From positions 1 to 57,145 of the forward strand of contig JAUCBJ010002463.1 in NCBI GenBank assembly GCA_032718475.1: a stretch of 57,145 nucleotides of DNA, given 5' to 3'. A program made the translations under genes and the position numbers. Position 1 is the stretch's first letter. Each line of letters starts with the position of its first letter. Below the pieces are notes generated by a model, which saw nothing but the letters and a program-made list of their open reading frames with translations, was not told the origin of the DNA and searched no databases. The DNA is from Nemertoderma westbladi (Eukaryota > Animalia > Xenacoelomorpha). Below, piece after piece: positions 33,586 to 47,013 of this stretch.

Positions 33586-36500
33586 TATGCCACCGCAGCG
33601 AACCCTGCTTCTGATGCATCGCAGAAGAGGTGCAGTTGCCTAGCAACCAGCACGTCCCCCAGCCCGTAACCCGAGGAATCCTCATGCTCGAGATCCCTCT
33701 CATCGCAACTCGCCACCGCTCGAACTCCTCCTGTAGTTCATCGGGAACCAGTGCATCCCATCCGCACTTCAGTATCCACAGTTTCTGTAGTATCAACTTG
33801 GCGAAGAACATCACCGGAAGAATGAACCCAAGCGGATCGAACACAGAACACAACACAGAGAGCATTCTGCGTTTGGTAGTCGCTTCCTCCACCTCGGGGA
33901 AACTGAAAGCGATTTCGTCGACTTCCATATCCCAACGCACCCCCAGAGTCCGAACCACAGGGAGGGTTCCTACTTCAAGATCGAGTGAGGAATCCGCCCG
34001 CTCTGCCGGAGGTATCGACCGCAAAAACCTCCCGCGAGTTACTCTACCACTTCGTCAGACAGAAGCTGCCGGCTGCCAAAGTACCGATAAGTTTACCAAT
34101 AAGTTTCTTTGCATCCTTGACCCCGTGTACAGAGTCAGCGAGATCGTCGGAGTAGAAGGAGTTCTTCACCGCACGTGCAACCTCCGGAGGGCAACCCGGT
34201 TCCTCTGCGCACGTCGTCATCGCATCGATTGCACACGCCTGCGAACTGATGACCCCAAACACATGCGACGTCATCTGGTACGTGATTGGCGGACCCTGTG
34301 CGCATTGTCCCGCCATAGGAATCGAAGCAACTGCTGATCCTGAACCTGGACTTTCACCCGGTGGTACATCGCCTTCACATCCGCCGTGAAGGCAACGGCA
34401 TAGCAACGGAACCGGAGCAGAATGCCAACTATTGAGTTCAATATGTCCGGCCCGGAATAGAGTTTGCTGATCAATGAGACGCCATGGTACACCGCCGCTG
34501 TGTCAAAGATGACTCGAACCTTCCCGGGCTTGTTTGGGTCCTGCACCCCGTGGTGAGGCAGATAGTTGTCCCACGTGTTGGGATTCCGCAACTCCTCCTT
34601 CGTCGTCTGACGTGCGTACCCGTTCACGAAATAAGAGTTAATAGTTTCTCGGTACATCTTTTCCAACTTGGGATCTTTTCCCAACTTCCTCTCCAGAGAT
34701 AACAGCCACGAAACGCGCCGGCCCGGTTGCCAGGGAACCGAGGAGGATCCTTAATCCACGGCATCGCAACTTCGAAGCTTCCATCCTCCAGTCGATTCTT
34801 CCGTTCCTTAATCAGTTGGATTGCCTTCCGATCATCTTGAGACCTCGGTCTCTGTATGTCAACCGAGATTCCGAAGCACTCTGTCATCCAGAAACGTTGC
34901 AACTGTTGGGACAATTGTTCCTCCAGATCATCCTTACATAACAGGTTTACCTTCCGCTTTCGCTCCACTCTAATCTCATCTGTTTGGCCACCCAGAGTCA
35001 CTAGACCATACACAGACCACCCGAATACTGAACGCACTGCATAAGGCTGACTCTTACGACCATACACTGACTCCCTGCTCTCTACCAATGCTGGGTCCCT
35101 TGCTCCCAACACAACTGTCACCTTCGAATAGTCTATCCCCTCGGGCAATGGCAGATCTGCTAAATACGGATACCTCTCATTCACACTCGCCATGCTCAAC
35201 CTCAGGGATGACATATTAATTTTCGGGATAGTCCACGCCTCGTCCACCTGGTAGACCTCCTTTGACCCATCACACGCCTCAATCAAGAATGACACCAACA
35301 TGGCGGGCCTAGCACTCCCGTCATGTTCCACCGACCCAATCATCAACTCCTCAGTAGGTCCACGTAAACCCAATCGCTCTGCCAACCCATCCTCGACCAG
35401 AGTCAACTCACTGCATGGATCAAACACTGCGTATGTATCCTCAACGCCATACATCCGCACCGCCACAACTCGTAATAATACTACCTCTCGGGCCCTGTCA
35501 CTCAGCCACGAACTCAATACTGCTCGACTCACCCCTACCTTCTCTGATGCACCCACCGGCTGTACCGATACTACTCCCAACTCGTTTCTCTCGCGCAGGG
35601 CAACTCCACCTGACTCACTGCACTCTGCTCAGCTATACGCCCGACTTCTGGAATCAGTGCCCAATGGAGTAATGTACTGTGCTTCTTACCACACTTTTGG
35701 GCCTTACACCTCCACAGGCTGTTATACTTGTCCACCTTATGTCCTGGACCTAGGGAATTTGTGCATAACTGCTTCTCTGTAACGGTAGCTAACCATTCCT
35801 TGTGCTTCAACGCCTTGTACTCACTATACCAAAACACCGTATGTGTACCACCGCAATAAGCACAGACAATCACTCTTGGTTCTGCTACCGGTACCTTTGT
35901 ACCTGTACACTTTCCACTCTCAGACGTCCTGCATACCTGATTACTGGAAGGCCTACCAGTACCGATACTCTCAGCCGCACTGTCCATCTGCATACTGGAT
36001 TTAAACACCGAAGCATTCCTGCGATTGAAGTCACCACCTTTCTTCCCACTACTTCCCATATTTCTCCCCCTCTTTACTATAGCCCGACGTGACATCAGAT
36101 AATTCAATAGTGCTGGGTTCAAACGATGCCTTGACTCGCCTTCTCAACCAACTCTCCATACTCATAAGTGAAGGCTCATTACCCCCTTCCCTAATAATCA
36201 GGCACTGCTCTCTCCACCTTCTCTGCAGATAAGCCGGTAAGCTTAGATACACCTTACGCAATGTCTCAGCTGAGTGTAAGTCAGCCACATTGTTCATCTG
36301 ATCCAAAGTATACACATTCAGAGAAATGTTTGTTGTCTCAGACCCAGCCTATCCGACTCTGCTACCTGTCTTCCCTCCGTAACAGTACCAATGAAAACGC
36401 GTGAAATAATTGCTGGATGAGCAAACATCTCTTTCAAGGTTTTCCAAACAACCGCATAGGCTCGGCCATTACAACCGAAACCCGACACCACACTTTTCGC

Positions 36501-38175
36501 CTCCCCATCCATCTGCCCTTGCAACATCGCTAACCATCTAGAATCAGTGTAAAGACCCTCGTATGCACAAGTTCATGGAACCGCTCAACAAACTATGGCC
36601 ACGCTACAGGGTCACCACTAAACCGCAGCAGGTGGATATCTGGTACACCCCTCTCATCACTCAAACGCAGTAGGGCAACCTCAACACTATGCCCTCCAGG
36701 AGTCTCTGGGTCTGGAATAATGGTCTCTTCTCCTTCTACTAACTCATCTATCCAATCATCCAAAGCCCTATGTGTTCCTACAGGGTGGCCTCCTCTCACC
36801 CCACTCTCACCCCTAGACCCTGTGCCTCCCTCAGAAACATGTCTACTCCTCACGCCCTCATCAACCCTCCGACTCCCATGACCAGGGCCTCTGTCTCTGT
36901 CCCATCGTCTATCGCTCAACCCAGTCTCACCCTGTGGAGCAAAACCTCCATCCACTCTATCCCGACTACCCTGCTCTGAAACGGGTTCGTGTTTGCTTTC
37001 CACAGGCCAAGCATCACCCTACAGGCCCCCCATATCAACTCTTGCACCCGAATGCACAGGAACCTGTTCCACTTTCTCCCCTCCCGGCCAGACACCCCCC
37101 TGTTGAAATACAGGTCCCTGATGGCCACCTACATCCACCATCCTCACACTTTCGACATTGTTTCCCTGCACTGTGAGGTGCTGTTCAACCACTGTCACTG
37201 GCTCCCCCTCAAACTCTTGCAACCTCACCCTCTGCTCATCCTCTATATCTTCTCTCAATCCTTGCTTGTACAACCCAGCTTCATAAGCTTTCTCTGCATG
37301 TTCCCATGCTATCACATCTTCCCGCTCTTCCCATTGCACCCTTCTCTCCTCTCCTCTATTCTCTCCTCTACTCTTGCTTTTCTCCTCTCCTCTATCGCCT
37401 CTACTCTCACTTTTCTCCTCTCCTCTCTCATAATCTCTTTCTTCTTATGCAATTCCTTGTCTACTTCTAACCGCTCAACCTCCCTCTTTCTGTCTACTTC
37501 TATCCATTCAACCTCCATCTTTCTGTCTACTTCTATCCGTTCAACCTCCCTCTATCTACAAGCCCGTTCTTTCTGTAACCGAAACTCAGCCATCTTCGCT
37601 TCCCCCTCTAGCCTTCTCGCCTCAGACATACCATTATATCCCGAAGCCCACAAACTTCCTTTCACCACTTTGCCCGTATGGACGGACCTACCACTCTCCT
37701 TACTGTATATAGACAGAGTCCCACTACCTTTTCCTGTTACTCTCTGTATACTAATACATCCCAATGTATCCTTGTGTGCCACAATTCTCCTTCTAGCCTC
37801 CTCATATGTGCCCGCAATCCATCCCCATTCTCCAGGTGTAATATCCCCACTCAAATACGCCGCTTTCACCCGCGATCCTGCCTGTTCCAACAACCGGGCT
37901 CAAACTATCCGCACCAGCTACCGCATCTACCACACCTCCCCCTCCAGCGATGAATGCCCGCACCTTATCCTCAACTTTCTCCAATTCCACCTTAAACCTA
38001 TCCATGGGCCTCACTTCCTCACTCTGCCCACCTGCCGGTACACACATACTCGCTACCCTCTGCGCAATAGTTGGCCCAGAATTATCAGGGGACGACACCT
38101 CTTCACTACTATCCATGGCACATACTGCACAATAAATAGTCACTCACCAATCTTAAACCACAACCCCACACTAAG

Positions 38176-38193
38176 ATCCGATTCGAAGGACCA
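38176..38193 (-). promoter_or_regulatory. Canonical BEL-type tRNA primer-binding site of element 4
   Basis: Minus strand reads ACA|TGGTCCTTCGAATCGG directly after the LTR end. Confidence 0.85.
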
Positions 38194-38360
38194 TGTGCGC
38201 GCTAAAACACGCCGACAACCCGCGACAGCGCGGGGTGTGAACTAAGAGGATTCTTTGTGGGGGTTGGGGGGGGGGGAAGGGTAAGGTTTATAGTGCCACA
38301 CTTTGGTTAGGATGGGGACGTGGGGGACTACAGAGGCGCCAGCGAGATCGGCCGACAACA
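38194..38360 (-). repeat. Short 5' LTR of element 4
   Basis: Minus strand TGTTGTCGG...GCGCACA with TATAAA; the outer boundary is inferred because no second copy lies in the window. Confidence 0.55.
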
Positions 38361-39824
38361 AAGGCAGGGCCGTTAGCTGACAGTGTCTGACAGAGTGGTA
38401 GGGATGTAGATAAAATAAATAAAGTGTGGCAATAAAATAAAGTTATAAAAACATAAGGTTATAAAAACAATCATATAAAGTTCTGTATATTTACGTACTT
38501 AAGGTTATCATGGTTTACAATACGATGTTACAATCAGTAACAATATTATGACAATATAGTGAATATAATATAATTAATGCATAATAATAAACGCATAATC
38601 AATCACAATATAAATTGCCCAAACTATGTCGCTAAAATAATAATAATAATAAAAAACATCCTTCTGCTTGGCTGGGGTTCCGTAGGCTACTGAAGAAATG
38701 AAACCCAGAATATCGGTTTATATACAACAAATCCAACCCAATATTATCTACTGAAAATGTGTTAATTAATAACCGAGCAATAAACTGCACTGTTACTCCT
38801 ACAAACATTCGGGCTGGCTATAACCAGTTTGACCTTTACGACAATAGAGTAATACAACTGAGTGCATCTCCACCTAAAGAACTATAGATACAACAAGCGA
38901 AGCAAACACACCACAAAGGCACTCTAATATACCCGCTCACTCTCTATCTCACTCCCAGAAGGAAAATACGGGCCCCCAGATTACTCCTACAACCAACAGA
39001 GGCTAATAATGATTATGATTAAATTCAATGTAACTACAACACAAAATAATCTATACTCAACTAGCGCAATAATTATGAAGCCTACACCAAGCAATAATAT
39101 TACTGCCAAATACCACTAGAAACTCACCAAACATTAAATCAAATATTCCCTAATAAAATACATTTAACTTTAGCATAAATAAATATAATAAATCAATGTA
39201 AGATACTTTATGGAGATAATTCAACTAAATAATCAACAATATTAACATAAAAATATGACGCCTAAATCACTATAATATTATCAAATAAATTAATGCAAGA
39301 TAATATGACGTTACGCAATTCACAAACGTTCTATATAAGCTCCAGTTGCGACAAACTCCCGATTTCCTCGTTGTAAACCCACAATTTTGCACCGAAAATG
39401 TAGTTTTGATCTTTTTAATAATAGTTGGTTTCAGTATATTATTATACAATTTACAGTAGAAAGCGTAGGTCTACAGAATATACGTTGTGGGGTATTCCTA
39501 GCAAGAATTGGAAAATTTCAGGACATCCAATTCCTAGACCCCCTGCCTAAATGAATCTCGAGTCTCACAGAATAAGAAACTACTATGTAGTGGGATGATC
39601 CTAATGGGAATTGAAAAATTTCGATTTCAATTATGCGAGTTTTATCGAGGTTCAGTATTGTCCAATCAGAGCATCCCATTGCTTCACTCCGGAACCTCCT
39701 GAGTCTAAAAATTTGCGAGTGACCATATAGTAAGTGTACCAAAGATGAGATACATGAAATGTGTTACACAAAGTCCACCAAATAAAGAGTGATTTTTGTG
39801 TATAATGGTTTATTTCCAGCAAAA

Positions 39825-40031
39825 TTAATTGGAAAAGTGTGCGTAAACCATCACTTCACATATGTTCATTGCATGACCATTGTCGGTGAAAATGACCACA
39901 TATCTTCCTCTCTTTCCGTTGCAGTTAATTTGAGTTAAAGCATTGCCATTTGGTACTGTACCGCACAGGGGTTCACCATTCGTTCTTAGGCCGTTCAGCA
40001 AAGATGTTGAAACGCTGTTTACAACATGTAC
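39825..40031 (-). CDS. Host TSP1/F-type lectin gene, terminal coding exon
   Basis: AG|GTA...TAA, 69 codons: VHVVNSVSTSLLNGLRTNGEPLCGTVPNGNALTQINCNGKRGRYVVIFTDNGHAMNICEVMVYAHFSN*; GRYV and CEV motifs of F-type lectins; AATAAA at 39809-39814. Confidence 0.9.
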   Translation of the reverse strand, partial: VHVVNSVSTSLLNGLRTNGEPLCGTVPNGNALTQINCNGKRGRYVVIFTDNGHAMNICEVMVYAHFSN

Positions 40032-40309
40032 CTTAAGTAAATAATCACAATAATACCATTAAAATTAAATATAACTAAATTATATTGATATAAAAAATAT
40101 ACATAAATTTCCAAAAAATAAGTTCACAACACTTAACTTATCCTTCTCAGAGCCATAATGTGCTTATTTATCAAAAAAATATAATGAGCTACACGACCTT
40201 TACCACGACTTTGCCAAACAACAACTCAGGTCAGGTATTCTATGTCATTGATCAATAAAACTTGACACCTCCATGCAGCATAAAGGAGGTGCCAACTGTG
40301 GCTGAATAC

Positions 40310-41779
40310 ACCGACCCTCTTACTAGGGCAAATCTGGTCCTGTAACTAGGACCCCCTTCGTTCTGGATGGGATAAGGACGCCCTTGGTCCTGGATTAAGG
40401 ACCCATATACTTGGTCGCAGGGTATAAGGCCTGGCCAGGCAGATGGTAATCTACCAATGGCTGGTCAGGAGTAAAGTGTTCTCATGTCCACTATGAGTGC
40501 ACTTCACTGCGACCTACACGTGGCAGCAGGGGTACAGGGCATGGCCCAGCAAATGAGCTACATAGCCAATGCAATCATATGCCTCATATCTGATTCCACT
40601 GCGACACCCACCCTGTGAAGTGGCAAACCAGAGTGTGGTATTTGCCCCAAGAGCTGACGCGGCAAAAACGCACCTCCAACCTCCAGTATGGATTACATTA
40701 GCAATGCGGAGGTCCGGCCACTAGAGAGGCCAGTGGAATTACCGGACACAATTGGCCTCACAGGCGTCAGTTATCTCCTGACTGGCTGCCTGTCTCACCC
40801 CCTACTGGAGAGAGAGCAGCCAACAATTATGTGAGTCCCGTTCCTGATGACCTTTCTGGCCCAAAACCTGGTTCACCAGGGAGGCCAAATTGTGAGGGGG
40901 AGAAGGATTCTGGAGTTGGTGGCTACTCTTATATTCCACCCCGACCAACCAAGCCATTGGTGAATCTGAGGAAAGTCACTAGACTAGCCTCAGTTAACAC
41001 TCTAACACTCGGGTCCCCAATGCGACAAGGTGAGCTGACTGCCTTGGCTGCTTCTAGTGTTGGTCTTTTTATTAACTCCAAAAAGACCAAAATTTGGATA
41101 GTTAACTTTGAAAGTCCTCAGCATGTCTCTGATAGGATGAGCATAAGATCAAAGGATGGTATGATCGAGCATGTGGATGACTTCTGTTAACTAGGATCAT
41201 GGATCCGGAAGTCAGGTGAGGACCTTCGAATACGCAAGGGAAAGGTATATGCAGCCCTGAATAGGCTTTCCAGGATTTCGAAGTCACATAGAATTAATCG
41301 GAAACTTAAGGTCCAATTATTTAGAGCAGCAGTAGTTCCAGTGCTCCTCTATGGGAGTCCATACTGGGCTATAACTGCTGATGACACCAAATCTCTGGAT
41401 GGCACATTCACAAGAATGCTACGCCGAGTTCACACAGATATCCAATTTGACACTATATATTATTGGACGTGTCTCATTGGTTCCCCAAACTTGACACTAG
41501 AACAAAGCCGCCTCCGCTTTGAAGGACATTGATTTCCCCATGAGGACCAGCCAGTGCATAATCTTGTACTTTGGCAGCCTTATGGGGTGATTAACCATGT
41601 GGACAGCCCATAACTTTCTTGAGATGCATCTTAAAGGACACTGACCTCGAAGATGCGGATGTTCTAGCACATGTCATGGGTGATAGGGAGTTGTGGTGGC
41701 GCAATTTTGTTGACAAGCCGGCACAGCATTCTTGAAAATGCAGCTACAATGCAGCATGCCGACCCTAGTAGTAGTAGTA
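40310..41779 (+). mobile_element. Internally deleted RTE-like LINE with (TAG)n tail
   Basis: Endonuclease start RLASVNTLTL fused to RT C-terminus VGLFINSKKTK...VDDFC*LGSWI...KLKVQLFRAAVVPVLLYGS...LDGTFTRMLRR; ends TAGTAGTAGTAG; 5' boundary approximate. Confidence 0.82.
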
Positions 41780-42127
41780 CCAAACCAATTAAGGTTCCCA
41801 CATACAATATATCAGTAGGATCCATTATTTGATGCTATTGTATATCTTCGCATCAATTGGAATTCCACAAAAAGATCCAAAAACTGTTACGTTTTCATCC
41901 TTGCGAAATGGCACAAACTTATTCGTTATAATTTCTTGTGGGAATAATCTGATCGTTCTGTCAATGTCTATGGATAAATGAGACACTAACACATGAAATT
42001 TAAAGACCCCATGGAGGAAACTATTTATCTACTGTGGGTAGCAGATCTTCATCTACCAACCCAAATCCACCATGGCCTGAAATGCTGTATAAATTACAAC
42101 TTTTTAACTTCCAAAGATTAGGCCAAC

Positions 42128-43990
42128 TGTTGAACTGCAAACGGAGCTGTACCTGCTAACACTTCATGTAATGCCGGCAGCAGTACACATTACATACTTA
42201 TCCAACATCCATATCCACTCTGCCTCCACTTAATTTCAGTCTTAATTACACTTTATAATATACTGTATTTTGTAGTGTTTTTGTTATTAAAACCCATGAC
42301 ACTACTCTGGAGCGGAATCAGTTTCAGTGGAAAGTTCATCTCCACTTTACGAATCATTTCTCAGTGGATAACAGTGATAGATCTCCGCTCTCATTCGGTA
42401 AACTTTCTGTTAACAACCGCTAAATAGTGAAGAAATATATCACTAATACTACTACTACTATAATCGGCCTGCTGCATTGAAACTGCACATTGAGATGCTA
42501 TGCCAGCTTATCAAAAACATTTTGTCACCACCATGCAATCCACAATTGGCAAGCCCAATGCAGCATGAATTAAGAATGCTATGCCGGCTTTTCAGCAAAG
42601 TTGCACCGCCACAACCTCCTACCCCCCCCCCCTGACTTTTGCGAAAGTCATCAAAAAAGGGTCTCAGCCCATTTTTCATAGTCCCTTCCCTTGGACTGAA
42701 GAAAGAATGATGACTGAAGAACAAAGACTGAAGAATGAAGACTGAAGGACGAAGACTGAAGAACGAAGACTGAAGGAGGAAGCCTCCTTGGTCCTTTTCG
42801 TTTCTTGGAGCCTTCGCCTTGGCCCCCATCCTTGTTGTACCCTTCCTTCTTGGTCACCCAATGTAAACATTTTATAAACATAGCATTATATGGACATGTG
42901 AAAGGTATATGTTAACTTATGTGAATCTCGAAGCATCTACTTGACACCAACCAATGGGCTATCCAAGTCTCATGATAGTCACGGGCTATCCACCATGCAT
43001 ATTCTCTCCATGGAGCTGCCAAAATACAAGATTGTGCACAGGGTGGTCTTCACGGCGAAAGCAATGTCCTGCAAAGCGGATGTGGCGTTGTTCCAGTGTT
43101 AAGCATGGGGGAACCAATGGGACACCTCCAATGTTATATAGTGTCTGGTTAGAGATGTGTGTATTGTACTGGACACAATGAACCCGGCGTAGCATTCGTG
43201 TAAAAGTGCCCTCCAGAGATTTAGTGACTTCAGCAGTTAGAGCCCAGCATGGACTCCCATACAGGAGTACTGAAACTAATGCTGCTCTAAATAATCGGAC
43301 CTAAGGTTTCCGATGAATTCTGTGTGAAGTTTGACTTCCAAATCTTGGAAAGCACATCCAATACTCCCCAGCCCATGCCTCTCACTTCCGTTTAGCATAG
43401 CATTCTTAATGCATGCTGCATTGGTGGATTGCATGGTGGTGGTGGTGACAAAATGCTTTTGATAAGACGGCAATGCCGCAGGCCGATTATAGTAGTAGTA
43501 GTATCAGAGATGTACAGTATTTCTTCACTATTTAGCAATTGTTAACAGAAAGTTTACCGAATGAGAGTGGAGCACTATCACATTTATCCACTGAGAAAAG
43601 ATCAGAGAAGTGGGGCTGAACTTTCCACTCAAGCTGATTCCGCTCCATAGTGTCATGAGTATTAATAACCAAAACACTACAAAATATATTTAATTCAATA
43701 TAGAACATAGGTACAGTATGTAGTGTAGCAGGGGATGGAAGTAGGTCTAAATATGATTAGAAAGTATATCTAGCAGCTCAGTCTAGTAGGTGGTTTAGTA
43801 GTGGTAGTCTAGTAGGTGGGTTAGGCTTTTATTAAGACTGTAAGAAGCATCTTGTCTTGAGTTCGAATAAAGTGTAATTATAATTAAGACTGAAATTAAG
43901 TGGAGGCAGAGTAGATATGAATAAGTATGTAGTATGTAATGTTGCCGGCTCTAAAGTGTTAGCAGGTACAGCTCCGTTTACAGTTCAACA
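42128..43990. repeat. Long imperfect inverted repeat (arms ~42128-42610 and ~43400-43990)
   Basis: TGAACTGCAAACGGAGCTGTACCTGCTAACACTT vs AAGTGTTAGCAGGTACAGCTCCGTTTACAGTTCA, and CATTCGGTAAACTTTCTGTTAACAA vs TTGTTAACAGAAAGTTTACCGAATG. Confidence 0.88.
42955..43345 (-). pseudogene. RTE-like LINE 3' fragment
   Basis: Minus strand LLYGSPCWALTAEVTKSLEGTFTRMLRRV...RFAGHCFRREDHPV, homologous to 41280-41620. Confidence 0.8.
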
Positions 43991-44129
43991 TTCTGATTGG
44001 CCTAGAATGGCAACTCACAGTCTAACAGTTAATAATAACATAGTTTTGTACTGTAGTTTAGCAAAAATGATGTTTGTTTGCACTATTTGTGCGTGCAGGG
44101 GTCTTGCATTGTAATTTGCATTGTAAATT

Positions 44130-44510
44130 TGAAAATGTGTTTTTTTGTGGTTTTAGGCCATTTCAGACACTTCTAGCACTGGGAAAAGTCATATTTTAAA
44201 TAAAAATTTATTTCTAAATGAATTAATTTTACATCGTTTTGTATAAAATGTTGTTTGTTTGAACTAATTTTGCGGGGGTCATGCATTGTCAAAAATTGGG
44301 ATAGTGATGTTTTTTGTGGTTTTGGGCCATGTCAGACACATCTGGCACTGGGAAAGTCATATTTAAAAAAAAAATTTATTTCTAAATGAATTAATTTTAC
44401 ATAGTTTTGTAAAAAATGTTGTTTGTTTGAACTAATTGTGCGGGGGTCATGCATTGTCAAAAATTGGGATAGTGATGTTTTTTTGTGGTTTCAGGCAATT
44501 CACACATTTC
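44130..44510 (+). repeat. Tandem ~188-bp duplication
   Basis: TTTTGTGGTTTT...CAGACAC...GCACTGG...TGCGGGGGTCATGCATTGTCAAAAATTGGGATAGTGATG occurs twice. Confidence 0.8.
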
Positions 44511-44761
44511 CAAAATTTTTTTTTTTCGATCTACCCTAATATACATACAGTAGGAATAGTTTCTGCAGCTGTGGCAATGGCCTCATACCTGTGGCTCATC
44601 TGCATTGTGATGCTTGATCTCACACTAAGCTGTTGTAATGGAGATAACAGATCATGCTGTGGTGGCAAGGCATAATGTCAGATTTGATATCATGGACATT
44701 AAGTCTCACCTTAGCCATAAAGACTAAGGTGAAAAAGGGATAAGAGGTTAAGTGTACTTAA

Positions 44762-46293
44762 CCCTATTAGTACCGGGCTATAAAATGTTGTACAAATACC
44801 GGGGGGGGGGGGGGGGGGTCATATTGACCCCCCCCCCCCTCTAAAATCTACAAATATTTACAAAAACGTCTGATTTTTTGTTTGTACGTAGGTATCACTT
44901 ATCTGGATCCAACCGAAAAAAAAATTTTCGAAAAAATGTACTGGGGTGGTTATATTGCAGCACCAAAATTACAAGTAGTGCACAATTTTCACCAAATTTG
45001 AAAGTTACATTTTCGGCGAATTATTTTTCAATACAGGTTTTCTGGGGTGCAAAATACATTGGAAAATATTAAAAAATGATATGATTACTATAAATGGCTG
45101 TTTAGTCCTTGTGTTTAGAACACAAAATTTTTAATTCACTTATACGATGCTATAAATTCACATTTTCAGGTTTTCGATGGCGCTGATTCTAATGGAATAC
45201 ATTTCTAATATGCCAGATCATTGCTACTTGTATTTTTCGGCGTAATTTGGCAAATTTTGGTGCTAGCACCAAATTTCGTACCCATCACCAAAAAGTACAA
45301 GTTTGCGATGTCCAGTGCTGTTTTTATTGATTCCATCGGATTCAGGACCCTCATAAACCCGTATAACGCAAGAAACAAGGTGATACTATCTACTTATCAA
45401 TTTGCATATTTTCCAAAATTTGGTGCTGGCACAACAATTTTCACCCACCGGCGAAAAATACAAGTTTGAGAACTCTTATGAAATTTTTACTGATTCCATT
45501 GAATTCAGAACCATCACAAACCCGTATAACACAAGAAACAAGGTGACACAATCAATTGATATATTTGATGGTTTTCAAAATTTGGTGCTAGCACCACATT
45601 TTGCACCCACATCCGAAAAATACAAGTTTGAGATGTCTAGTTCGATAATTATATTTTCCATTGAATTCAGAACAGCCATAAACCTCTAAAACGCAAGAAA
45701 TAAATTGTCACAAGCAATTTTATCTATTGAATGGATTTTCAAAATTTCGTGCTAGCACCAAAATTTGCACACAGCACCGAAAAATACAAGTTTGATACGC
45801 TTGGTGCAACTCGTATATATTTCATCGAATCCAGAAACCCAAAAAACCCCTATTGCGTAAAAAACAAGTTTCAAACGTTCAATTTACAAAATTGACTTAT
45901 TTCAAAATTTGGTGCTGGCACCAAAATTTGGCACCCGCCGAAAAAAACAAGTTTGAAATTTCTAAATCAATTTATATGAATTCCATCCAATTGCTAACAC
46001 CAACAAACCGGTGTAAATCAAAATTAGAGATTTTACAGTTAATATTTAATGAAATGTAATTTTCAAAAAACGTCTCAAAAAAAAGTGCCAAAAGTAGGGT
46101 TAAAAAATAGTGCTATAACTCGAGAACTACCCAATATTTTTGTAAACAGCTTTCACTACTAGGAAAACAATGGATTTTTATGAAAAGTCATAAAATTTCA
46201 GAATCCCAACTGCGTTTGTTTCAGAATTATAATATAAAAACCACGGGTGGGGGTCATATTGACCCCCCCCCCCCCCCCCCGGGTTTAATAGGG
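44762..46293 (+). mobile_element. piggyBac-like non-autonomous element, copy A
   Basis: TTAA|CCCTATTAGTACCGGG ... CCCGGGTTTAATAGGG|TTAA; subterminal GGGGTCATATTGACCCC palindromes; internal ~170-bp repeats. Confidence 0.92.
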
Positions 46294-46712
46294 TTAAGGA
46301 GAGTTAAGTAACTTGTCTCATGTTCACCAACTAACTGCTGAGTGAGTTGGAGTAGAATGTTAGAGTATCCTCAAGCTCTAGTATCCTTCTTCCCCGTACA
46401 ACGTGGTACCTTTGGTGACCCAGGGTTTGGGCAAGAAAGGTCATCAGGTCATAACTGGCGCTTGTGATGCCATTTTGGTATAATTTTTCCACTGGTTCCC
46501 AATGATCAGACGTCCGCAATATTGTTGTACTCCATAGTGAGGCTTAAGAGTGTTTGTATTTCTCCTCAGCTCTCAGGCCAAATACCCTCCTTGTTTGCCA
46601 TTCCACAAGATTTTGGTGTCGCAGCAGCTAGATGTACTACATGTCAATTGTACTGGGTACACCACTCTCGGCCTATTGTAAAATGATTTATACGATATAA
46701 GTACATACTTAC

Positions 46713-46954
46713 CCTTGAACCAACAATTCGGAAGGCGCAACAATCCTGTCGATTGTAGATATTAACCAAACCAATGGTTAGGTCGTCAAACCCAATATCA
46801 ACCCACCACCAATCCTGTGGTAAATAGTCTAGAGTGTGGAAACAAGAACCACCAGCCCAATGGGAGTTGGTATTGCCATCGACTCCTTTCGAAGATGGTT
46901 TTTGGGTACTCATAACGCTACTCATACCTGTGGGTCTCCCAAAGGCTAAGTTAC
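46713..46954 (-). CDS. Host TSP1/F-type lectin gene, exon with the N-terminal half of the F-type lectin domain
   Basis: TTTTTTTAG|GTAAC...AGG|GTAAGT; NLAFGRPTGMSS...KGVDGNTNSHWAGGSCFHT...WWWVDIG...IYNRQDCCAFR contains the H...RxDxxxxR fucose-binding motif; phase 1 to phase 0 fits both neighbouring exons. Confidence 0.93.
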
Positions 46955-47013
46955 CTAAAAAAATTGTATGGAATTAATTTCGCACTCTATTGCTAGCAAT
47001 TATTGGTTTTTAA

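Larger units (their letters stand above)
33586..38360 (-). mobile_element. Decayed BEL/Pao element 4, truncated within RNase H
   Basis: Minus-strand fragments RFSGDPVAWP (capsid), CAYCGGTH, VFDPCSE (protease), YLPHH, KVRVIFD, DVKAMYHRV, FYSDDL, VFDPLG, LFCDAS; many frameshifts. Confidence 0.93.

Noticed and set aside
36989-38245. 418-aa plus-strand ORF
   Set aside because: Low-complexity Ser/Leu shadow of the purine-rich minus-strand gag of element 4.
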